Assembly: GCA_002269645.1 (NCBI GenBank) | Contig: NIVC01004216.1 | Span: 1-54,517 of the forward strand | DNA: 54,517 bases | Source: Macrostomum lignano | Lineage: Eukaryota | Direction of reading: 5' to 3' | In this document: positions 35,301 to 45,665 of the stretch, piece after piece | Numbering within the stretch: the first letter of the stretch is position 1 | How the letters are laid out: each line of letters starts with the position of its first letter | Translations under genes and position numbers: made by a program | The notes under the pieces: generated by a model | Databases searched by the model: none | What the model saw: the letters and a program-made list of their open reading frames with translations, nothing else | Told to the model about the DNA's origin: nothing

Positions 35301-38300
35301 TAGCTCTAGGAGCTTTAGCACCAAGGGGGTTTAGCACCAGTGGCTTTAGCACCAGTGGCTTTAGCACCAGGGGCTTTAGCACCAGGGGGCTTTAGCTCTA
35401 GGAGCTTTATCACCAGGAGCTTTATCACCAGGGGCTTTAGCACCAGGGGCTTTAGCACCAGGGGCTTTAGCTCTAGGAGCTTTAGCACCAAGGGGCTTTA
35501 GCACCAGGGGCTTTAGCACCAGGGGCTTTAGCACCAGGGCCTTTAGTACCAAGGGGCTTTAGTACCAGTGGCTTTAGCACCAGGGGCTTTAGCACCAGGG
35601 GCTTTAGCACCAGGGGCTTTAGCACCAGGGGCTTTAGCTCTAGGAGCTTTAGCACCAGGAGCTTTAGCACCAAAGAGCTTTAGCACCAGGGACTTTAGCA
35701 CCAGGGGCTTTATCACCAGGGCCTTTGACACCAGGGATGCCACCACCAGTATTTATTGCAGTTATACTTATTCACATGGCCATCGCAATACCCGGCATGC
35801 AAGACAAGGCACCAGTGGCAGCTCTTGTTCTCTAAGGCATCTGCATAACATACTAAGTAGCTTATTCCCCTAGCAACAGGTTCATGAATTTATGCATACA
35901 CAATCCAACTGACTGAAACAGCGAGACTTCTTACTGTCTAAACGCTCGAGCGGAATGAAATTGAGTTCCCGTGTCGCATTATTCTCAGTCTAAATCAACG
36001 AACCGAATCAATGTTTGCAATGATTCATAGTTTTACTAACTGAGAATAATAACTGAGAATTTGGTACAGAAACAGCAGTAATGAGCTGAACATCAGACTG
36101 CAAGCCGACTCCCACGCCAACTCAGTTGAGTCAACACTGCATGCACGCCTTCTCCCTTTGCGTCCCAGCGCAGTTTGTCAGGAAGTAACTCGTAGCTGTG
36201 CTTGTAGTTGGCCAGGGAGGGAATCGGAATTGATCGCAGGCGACATCAGTGTGACAGAAATTGCAGACAAATATGGGAATAATCCTACCGGTTGTGTTCG
36301 TCGGCCTTTTTGTTTGTTTGCTACGATGGCAAGTTTCGTGTTAACCTCCGCTGAATAAAAACCCGTTTTTTGGTAAACTTTCTTTCCGGCTTCCCCACTG
36401 AAATAACAGCTTAGCTCCTTGTGTTTGTCTTATTACAGGCTCTGGCCTCATCGCAGCTACAATGGACTCATGGATTTTCATAGAACTACTAAATTATAAA
36501 TTATAATATGGCCTTTTGCAGTCCATTTGGGCTTACACGCATTGAATTGAATCAAAGAAATGTTTGCATTGTGCAATTGTCTATGGTAGCAATTGTCTAT
36601 GGTAGCAATTGTCTATGGTAGCAATTGTCTATGGTAGCAATTGTCTATGGTAGCAATTGTCTATGGTAGCAATTGTCTATGGTAGCAATTGTCTATGGTA
36701 GCAATTGTCTATGGTAGCATTACACAGCTGTAACTCATAATTATAGGTTTCATAGTCGATACGGACCAAATTAAATCCTGCTGTACCAGCCTTGCTACCA
36801 TAGACAAAAGCTGCACTACTTCGGCAAACTTATATTGGATTCAAGTCAATGCTTTTTAAGCTCAAATGAGCTGCAAAAAGCAATACTCTATAGTAACACG
36901 CCAGCCCTTTACCTCAACTCTTACAGCAGCCTTTACAAAATGAATAACACAGCACTAGATGATCCAGTTCTACTCACCCACAGGATAGCCGCACAGCAAA
37001 CTGCTAGTAGCCAACACGTGATGTTTGTGCTGCTTGTCAAAGTACTCCCCGATCACCAAACTCGAGCTCATGTAGGTCAATGACGATCCGATGCCGTACA
37101 GGATGGAGTGAGTCAGGAACATCCACATCTCGTTGGTTTTAGCAACGGTAGCCGACAGGAAACAAGAAGTTGTCAGGACCAGCACACCTGTGACCGCAGC
37201 GATTTGGTATCCATTCTGGCCCATGGTTCGGATGAGCAGAACGGATATGGGAGAAATCCCCATGCCGATTGTGAAGGACAGGGTGCCGATCCAGTCTGCA
37301 GGGCAATGCGTTTGTTTCTGAGTCTTGATTGTATCTGACTCTTACTTGAGTCTGATTCTTACATGAGTCTGACTCTTTCAATTATGCCTGACTATTACTT
37401 GAGTCTGACTCTTACAGTTATGCCTGACTCTTACTTGAGTCTGACTCTTGCAATTATGCCTGACTCTTACTTGAGTCTGACTCTTACTTGAGTCTGACTC
37501 TTACTTGAGTCTGACTCTTACTTGAGTCTGACTCTTACAGATATGCCTGACTCTTACTTGAGTCTGACTCTTACAGTTATGCCTGACTCTTACTTGAGTC
37601 TGACTCTTACAGTTATGCCTGACTCTTACTTGAGTCTGACTCTTACTTGAGTCTGACTCTTACTTGAGTCTGACTCTTGCAATTATGCCTGACTCTTACT
37701 TGAGTCTGACTCTTACTTCAGTCTGACTCTTACTTCAGTCTGATTTTACTTGAGTCTGACTCTTACTTGAGTCTGACTCTTACTTGAGTCTGACTCTTAC
37801 TCGTGAAGTAAAACATGCTACTTTAGTCGTCCTTATGTACTGCCTGTTAAGATATATTTGGCAACACATTTTATTAAATAGTATCACTGAAGCTCCAAGC
37901 TCTATCACCCAGTGAAACTGCATCAGTTGGATGGAGCTTGGTCTGCATCCCCAGCATCTCTCTACTCACTAGTGGCCTCTTAGCGTTTTCCTTTTCAATC
38001 ATTTGCCCCCCTCCCACGTAAAGCCAGTGCTGAGTGCTTTTAGACAAGCGAGCAGAGGCTCGAAGCCTGCATTGCATTCACCTGCATCGGCTGCAGGTAG
38101 GGGACAGATCTGCTACAGCTGGAAACTATCGAGCTGCATGTCTATATGCTCTGGCATTATTCTTCCACTTTTTTGGTATCCCATTTTGTCCGGGAAACTC
38201 CGAACTCCACTTTGTCACTGTCAGTGTCAGAGTTCGTTTAGGCTAAGGAGGGAGTTGACTGAGCTGGACAAACAGAACAGCGTGTTGCTTGCAGGCGAAT

Positions 38301-40231
38301 GAAATAAGAGTGAGATCGCGGCTTTTTTAATTTATAATGCATCTTGTGACTTCATTAGTGAGCTTATGTGTTGAGTTGATGAGTTTGTAGGTTTAGGATT
38401 TTTCCATGAGTGAGTTCACGAGTGACTGACTCAATTTAATGAGTGACTGACTCAATTTGATGAGTGACTGACTCAATTTAATGAGTGACTGACTTAATTT
38501 AATGAGTGACTGACTCAATTTGATGAGTGACTGACTCAATTTAATGAGTGACTGACTCAATTTAATGAGTGACTGACTTAATTTAATGAGTGACCGACTC
38601 AATTTAATGAGTGACTGACTCAATTTAATGAGTGACTGATTCAATTTAATGAGTGACTGACTCAATTTAATGAGTGACCGACTCAATTTAATGAGTGACA
38701 GACTCAATTTAATGAGTGACTGACTCAATTTAATGAGTGACTGACTCAATTTAATGAGTGACTGACTTAATTTAATGAGTGAATGACTCAATTTAATGAG
38801 TGACTGACTCAATTAAATGAGTGACTGACTCAATTTAATGAGTGAATGACTCAATTTAATGAGTGACTGACTCAATTTAATGAGTGACTGACTCAATTTA
38901 ATGAGTGACTGACTCAATTTAATGAGTGACCGACTCAATTTAATGAGTGACTGACTCAATTTAATGAGTGACTGACTTAATTTAATGAGTGAATGACTCA
39001 ATTTAATGAGTGACTGACTCAATTTAATGAGTGACTGACTCAATTTAATGAGTGACTGACTCAATTTAATGAGTGACTGACTCAATTTAATGAGTGACTG
39101 ACTCAATTTAATAAGTGACTGGCTCAATTTAATGAGTGACTGGCTCAATTTAATGAGTGACTGGCTCAATTTAATGAGTGACTGACTCAATTTAATGAGT
39201 GACTGACTCAATTTAATGAGTGACTGGCTCAATTTAATGAGTGACCGACTCAATTTAATGAGTGACTGGCTCAATTTAATGAGTGACTGGCTCAATTTAA
39301 TGAGTGACCGACTCAATTTAATAAGTGACTGGCTCAATTTAATGAGTGACTGGCTCAATTTAATGAGTGACTGGCTCAATTTAATGAGTGACCGACTCAA
39401 TTTAATGAGTGACTGGCTCAATTTAATGAGTGACTGGCTCAATTTAATGAGTGACCGACTCAATTTAATAAGTGACTGGCTCAATTTAATGAGTGACTGG
39501 CTCAATTTAATGAGTGACTGGCTCAATTTAATGAGTGACTGGCTCAATTTAATGAGTGACCGACTCAATTTAATGAGTGACTGACTTAATTTAATGAGTG
39601 ACTGACTCAATTTAATGAGTGACTGACTCAATTTGATGAGTGACTGACTCAATTTAATGAGTGACTGACTCAATTTAATGAGTGACTGACTCAATTTGAT
39701 AAGTGACTGACTCAATTTAATGAGTGACTGACTCAATTTAATGAGTGACTGACTCAATTTAATGAGTGACCGACTCAATTTAATGAGTGACCGACTCAAT
39801 TTAATGAGTGACTGACTCAATTTTATGAGTGAGTTCATAAGTTCACGAGTGACCGTCGAAAATTCACGAGTGACCGACTAAAATTCACGAGTGACCGACT
39901 GAAATTCACGAGTGACCGACTAAAATTCACGAGTGACCGACTCAATATCACGAGTGACTAATTTAAGTTCACGAGTGACTGATTTAAGTTCACGAGTGAC
40001 TGATTTAAGTTCACGAGTGATCGACTCAATTTCACGACTGACCGACTCCTTACTCTGCACAGCCATTGCTGTGTGGTTGTCCTGAGCCTCCAGCTTCACC
40101 ACGAACACCCCGAAGCTGTAGGTGATGCCGCTGCGAACGACAGTCAGCAGCAGCACCGCCAGGCAGATCAGCCAGCCCTGCGTGCCGGTTGGCAGCTTGC
40201 GAAATCTTCGACTAAAAGCAGACACGAGCAT
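29331..40231 (-). CDS. SLC16/monocarboxylate-transporter-like MFS transporter, ~507 aa, 6 coding exons
   Basis: Exons are 40231-40054, 37295-36978, 33040-32751, 32459-32231, 30510-30370 and 29698-29331. All are GT-AG with consistent phases (1,1,0,1,1); total 1524 nt. SLC16-like motifs: GWLICLA...GITYSFGVF (TM1), WIGTL, HSILYGIGSSL, IGEYFDK, FIGFYMPFVNL, and GVIFDIRHSYDDVWFVCG (TM12). Confidence 0.9.
29828..30285. repeat. 17-bp minisatellite (tcactccctgcccctcc)
   Basis: About 27 almost perfect units in SLC16 intron 5. Confidence 0.98.
33132..34158. repeat. 35-bp minisatellite (cactgctcaatgtggtgatgactctctactccaga)
   Basis: About 29 units in SLC16 intron 2. Confidence 0.97.
35285..35740. repeat. 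15-bp minisatellite (ttagcaccaggggct)
   Basis: About 30 units. It explains the LKPLV/APGAK ORFs. Confidence 0.96.
36583..36718. repeat. 16-bp minisatellite (gcaattgtctatggta)
   Basis: About 8 perfect units. Confidence 0.96.
37335..37800. repeat. 17-bp minisatellite (tgactcttacttgagtc)
   Basis: About 27 units, each with the dyad GACTC-ttactt-GAGTC. Confidence 0.95.
38420..40040. repeat. 21-bp minisatellite (gactgactcaatttaatgagt) in the first coding intron of SLC16
   Basis: About 70 units, becoming degenerate toward the donor at 40053. It explains the SQSLIKL ORFs. Confidence 0.98.
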
Positions 40232-40544
40232 CCTGTTGCTGATGAATGAAAGCCGATCAGTCAGTCAGTTTCAGTTGGTCGGGGTATATCTGCAATGCAA
40301 ATCCAGTTGTAGACCGGCTGACACACCAATTTCTATGGAAAGTAGGCTTACTTTGGTCTTCTTAGTTGCGAGTATCTTGTTGTCAAGGCTTTATGAAGAT
40401 ACCCGCACTGGGGAATGGTTAGAGTCCGCTTTCTCTATCTTAAGCGATTTACGACAGTTTAAATTGTATTACCTGGTATTGTTTACTCTTCTAGATATTA
40501 CTCTCAAAATCTCCCTTATTCTGCAATAATACCAATCTCTAATC

Positions 40545-41260
40545 CCACCCAATCTCTAAACTCATAACTCACCCCATTCCTTAACTCTTAACTCGCCCCA
40601 TCTGTAATCTCACCCAATCTCTAATCCCACCTAATCTCTAATCTCACCCAATCTCTAATCTCACCCAATCTCTAATCTCACCCAATCTCTAATCTCACCC
40701 AATCTCTAATCCCACCCAATCTCTAATCCCACCCAATCTCTAATCTCACCCAATCTCTAATCTCACCCAATCTCTAATCTCACCCAATCTCTAATCTCAC
40801 CCAATCTCTAATCTCACCCAATCTCTAATCTCACCCAATCTCTAATCTCACCCAATCTCTAATCTCACCCTATCTCTAATATCACCCAAACTGTAGTCTC
40901 ACCCAATCTCTAATCTCACCGCCATCTGTAATCTCAACCATACTGTAATCTCACCCTATCTGTAAACTCACCGCCATCTGTAATCTCACCATATCTCTAA
41001 TTTCACCGCCATCAGTAATCTCAACCATACTGTAATCTTACCCTATCTGCAAACTCACCGCCATCTGTAATCTCACCCCATCTGTAATTTCAACCATACT
41101 ATAATCTCACTCTATCTGTAAACTCACCGCCATCTGTAATCTCACCACATCTGTAATCTCACCCATCTGTAAACTCACCGACATTTCTAATCTCACCCAA
41201 TCTCTAATCTCATCCAATCTCCAATCTCACCTTATCTGTAATCTCACCCAACCTGTACTC
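40545..41260. repeat. 17-bp minisatellite (aatctcacccaatctct) with degenerate flanks
   Basis: Read directly. Confidence 0.93.
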
Positions 41261-42990
41261 AAACTTATCTCTCTCAAACCTCAATTCCTCCACCTCTTTC
41301 ATCTCTCCCAGTCTTGTCCTCTACAATCTCATTTTTCTGATCCAAAATGTCCACAAGGTCCGAAATGGTCGAATGAGGCTCGATTATGATAGGGAGTGAT
41401 GGAATGTTAGGATCAGACGGAGTTGAAGACAAGGGGATTATGAAAGTTACACTGGAGCGTTACCTAGTAATGGTAACTCATGCCAAAAAGTCCTTATTAG
41501 AGCGAACTGCTAGTTGCAAGCATTTAACCCTAACCGTAAGGTATCAGTACAGCTAATTTGCATCCCGGACTCAAGGCAACTCCTTCAGCTGACCTTCTTG
41601 CCGATGATGGACTAAAAGGTTCCCAAACCCGATGGCTGCAGCGTATATAAAGATCGCAGAGAGCCAGAAAAAAGGGGAGAATTGTGAAAGCGCGGACACA
41701 AAAATCAAGCCATGCAAGCTCGTTGATCGATAAAATATTTATGAGAGGTTGCGGCCCCTGCAATCTCCCAGAGCTCGCTGTCTGCCTTCTTTGCCTCATC
41801 TCTGCTCTCCCTCTGGCCTCTCGAGTTGTCCCAGGTACAAAAAGTCTCGGCGACATCAACTGTAAATCTCGGGGATCAAAACTGGAAAGACAAGAGACGC
41901 TTGGACAGGGGGGGGGGACTGTGAGAGATATGAAGGAACCAAGGAGATGCACGACACTCTTGAGACTTCCCCTGACCGCCAGCAATCCCCACTTGACAAC
42001 CTATAAGGGGAGACGAAATGATGAGCTTTGGGCCCGGGTTGACAAGCCACAGCACCATGTTTATTGGGACCAGATTCGCTTGGGAGGGAAAAATAATAAG
42101 ACCAAAATATGTTCGGAAGGTCGACAGGACAGATGTGGAGCTTCCCAAAATAAAACATCCCCCATACAAGCTCAGGAGATCTTATTTGGCTCGGATTCGG
42201 GGAAATTCACACCGCGAACTCCTGCGACAAAACTAGAGTAGGCTTATTGATTGCCAGGGTCGCGAGTCATGCGTGAGCATAAATCTGGAATCGATTGCTA
42301 GTGTCAAATATGCTTATAAGCTCTGCCCGAAATAAACGAGACTTGTCCGACTTCCTAAAGAACACTGGATTTAAGTTGAGTTCCAACCTTCAATCTTAAT
42401 TTTCAAGTTCTCATTCTGCAACATTTTTCCAAGTTGATCAAACTGAATTTTTACGCTTTTATCGGGTATTACGTTTCAACACAAGTAGGCCTTGTTCGAT
42501 TTCATAGGAAGTTGTCAGTTTGTGTGCATGGAACAATAAAATAATGAGCAAATAAAGCAAAAGGAAATTGAGCTCCAGGACTTACCGGTGGTAACAATTG
42601 TTCGGCCCAAACTTGATCAACGCGATTGTGAAAGCACTGCTCCTTTTCCACGATCAGCAAACTCTCTTAAGCTTGCCTAGAGCAGTTGAATGTTCCGCAT
42701 GAGACGCTGACAGTGCTTGGGATTTGAGATGCGGTTTTTTGGCGGAGGGGGGCTGGAGGGGGGAGGCCTCCGGACTCTGCAGCGGGTTATGGTGGCGGCA
42801 GCGAATCGCTGGGCCAAGATGAGCGGTTGGACGACTTCGCGTCGGCCATTCCTCGGGCGTCAGCTCGGCTGCCTCCCCGACTTGGCCACAAAGCTTTCTT
42901 CTTGGCACCAGCTCATCTTTCCTTCTCTCTCTCTCTTTCTCTCACAGACAGTTTAGCAGGAAATTCAGTCGAAAAATCCGTCACGAAAAA

Positions 42991-44882
42991 ATGGCATCAA
43001 CGTCGAACGTTGGTAAACCGACCATGCTGTGGGCGGTGCCGCGCAGCATCAGCACCGCGTTCTTTCGCGCGATGGAGAACCACCCGAACACTAGGGTGTA
43101 CCTGGAGCCCTACTCCAAGGCCTACTACTTTGGACCGGAGCGGGTCAGCTCCCGCTACGCCGATCAGCCGGTGCAGGAAGAGTGCACCTTTCTCAGCGTG
43201 AAGAACACGCTGGAATCTGCCGGGTCGGCCAGCCCCGACAAGCAGGTGTTCGTCAAGGACATGGCCTACTACCTGTACGGGAACAAGTACGAGCCGAAGG
43301 AGCTCCTGCCTAGCGGTTATCGGCACACCTTCCTGGTGCGAGACCCGCATAAGACTGTGAAATCTCTGTACAAGATGTCAATCAATACGCAGCTCACAGG
43401 TTGGCAGTTTTTGCTGGACTAATTTTTTAACAACTCAGACCATAATATCAGCCACTATGATATGCTTTATCTATATAAAAAAACAAAAATTTACAGGCTG
43501 GGACAGCTTTGACGAGCATGAAATCGGCTTCAAGGAGCTCTGGTCTCTCTACGAACTCATTCAGACTATTGAGGATGAGCCGCCAATAGTGATCGACGCT
43601 GATGATCTGCTTCAGCAGCCGGGTCTGTCTATGATATGCTTTCTTTGCATGCTACTTACCTATGATAAATTCAGTAGAAAGTTGTGCGCATACAACGATA
43701 CTTTTTTAGATCCAAATCCCTCTGGTGTTTTTAGTTTTTTTTTCAAAGCTGCTTACGGCTGTTCAGACCAAGGACTGGGGTCGCCACACACACCCTCAAT
43801 CACCCCAGCTAATGCTGGCACACATTTTACAGCTAGGTGAACACTGAAGCAATGCAGAGTTAAGTGTCTTGCTCAAGTGGGATCGGGAATCGAACCCTCG
43901 ACCTTCAAGTCGTGAGTCGGCCGACGCTCTAACCACTAGGCTGCAACCCTATCTATGCTTCTATGTTCTGCAGGATTCTATAATGTGGAAGCTTCTGTGT
44001 AGAATATGGAAGCTTCTGTGTAGAATGTGCAAGCTTCTGTGTAGAATGTGGAAGCTTCTGTGTAGAATGTGGAAGCTTCTGTGTAGAATGTGGAGGCTTC
44101 TGTGTAGAATGTGGAGGCTTCTGTGTAGAATGTGGAGGCTTCTGTGTAGAATGTGGAGGCTTCTGTATATAATGTGCAAGCTTCTGTGTAGAATGTGGAA
44201 GCTTCTGTGTAGAATGTGGAAGCTTCTGTGTAGAATGTGGAGGCTTCTGTATATAATGTGCAAGCTTCTGTGTAGAATGTGGAAGCTTCTGTGTAGAATG
44301 TGGAAGCTTCTGTGTAGAATGTAGAGGCTTCTGTATATAATGTGGAGGCTTCTGTGTAAGGTAGAAGCTTCGGTGTAGAAGGTGGAAGCTTCTGTGTAGA
44401 ATTTAGAAGGCTTAGCATGTTAACATGCAGTTACAAAAAAACTCAGAATTGTTTCATTCACGTACGAACAGCGACATACCATGACCGAAAACCAATTTCA
44501 AATTTTAAAAGAATCTAACATCCTAACTCTAATCGGTGGTCGCATGACAAAAGTATAGTTACAGTATACAACTAAATGTTGACTTGAATCGCCGCCCGCA
44601 GAGGACTATTTCAAGGCCTACTGCAGCCGTATCGGCCTGCCCTACGAGCCCAGCATGCTGAAATGGGACGCCGCTCGGGATTCGATCGCTGCAAAGGACG
44701 AATGGGCCGGCTGGTTCGAAGGCGTCCTTGGTACAACGTCGTTTGTTAAGCCTCTGGCTAGGAAACGACAACCGTCTATTGATCTGCCGGACTATGTGAT
44801 GCTCAGCATTGAGAGGAACCTGCCCTACTATCACAACTTTCTGGCTGTGAAGACTCGCTTGGAAGACATAGCCGAAGACTGA
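42991..44882 (+). CDS. P-loop sulfotransferase-family protein (type resembling the N-terminal domain of BCAT-like proteins and bacterial sulfotransferase-like proteins), 271 aa, 3 exons
   Basis: Exons are 42991-43399, 43497-43622 and 44602-44882 (phases 1,1; 816 nt). Motifs: LWAVPRSISTAFFRAM (PAPS-binding-loop-like), EPYSKAYY, VFVKDMAY, HTFLVRDP, PIVIDADDLLQQPE, AYCSRIGLPYEPSMLKW and WAGWF. Confidence 0.85.
43748..43949 (-). mobile_element. tRNA-derived SINE (copy 2, better preserved)
   Basis: Reverse complement reads gggttgcagcctagtggttagagcg...gggttcgattccc (A/B boxes), then cttgagcaagacacttaac, a central motif common in metazoan tRNA-SINEs. The body matches 11700-11908. Confidence 0.85.
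43983..44400. repeat. 21-bp minisatellite (tgtggaagcttctgtgtagaa) in sulfotransferase intron 2
   Basis: About 20 units, most with the palindrome gaagcttc. Confidence 0.96.
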
Positions 44883-45489
44883 TTTGATATATGTATGATG
44901 CTTTTCATCATAACTTACGCAAACGTACGGATTTCACTGAAGTTGAAGTTTTTTTTTTACCATGGCTTAAAACAAAACGCTCCATTGTCATGCACCATCC
45001 GTTTACTTGTTGTCTAGGCATACAGCTATCCCACAGTCAGTTTTATTCGATTAACAATCAACATGTTTTGCTTCTAGAAAAATCAGTAGTCAACATTTTG
45101 TTTAGATTCGAGCTTCATTTTATGGCTAATTATTCGTACATAGCTTGTCAAACTTCTTATTCCCCATCATAGCCTTAGTTTAACTCATATTGACGTAGCT
45201 GCTGTTGGTGTAATTATTATTACGAGAAAGTTTCACTATTTTGTTGTATTATATTGATTCTAGCTCGTTATAAAAAAACGCTTCGATATGTAGGTACACT
45301 TCTGCGTTGTCTCACAAGAAAAAATGTTCATTTCATTTATTTATCAAAACTAACAATGAACAAAAAATATACAGCGAACTATATCGTCAGTATACTTTTA
45401 TGTAGTAATCCAAGTCGTAAAAATATACAATTGTTTTCAGGTAAATATTTTAACTGTATTCAAATTAAAGTGAATTTATTAGAAGTTAA

Positions 45490-45665
45490 CACGTACAGAA
45501 TCCTAATTTTCTGAGCGAAAAGCTTTATGAATTATCAATAGAGCTATAGGAAGGCACAGCATATCAAAAGATGAACATTGCGGGTATGAGGAAAAGCAAT
45601 AACATTTTTGTGATAAAAATGAAAAACTTCCTATCTCCGTTAGTGTATTTTTGGCGAAAAGTGGC
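45490..45665. mobile_element. Partial copy of the foldback element at 27010-27605
   Basis: cagaatcctaattttctgagcgaaagctttatgaa...ttcctatctccgttagtgtatttttggcgaaaa matches the right arm at ~27430-27590. Confidence 0.7.

Noticed and set aside
6800-44418. Long periodic ORFs (LSYWAAQ, MDIECPYRSDT, CLICKDTQCP, SRLTGRIAEM, TTGE, MQSGTLGLV, LKPLV, SQSLIKL, MWKLLCR)
   Set aside because: They are translations of intronic or intergenic minisatellites that lack stop codons, and they lie inside introns defined by phase-consistent exons.
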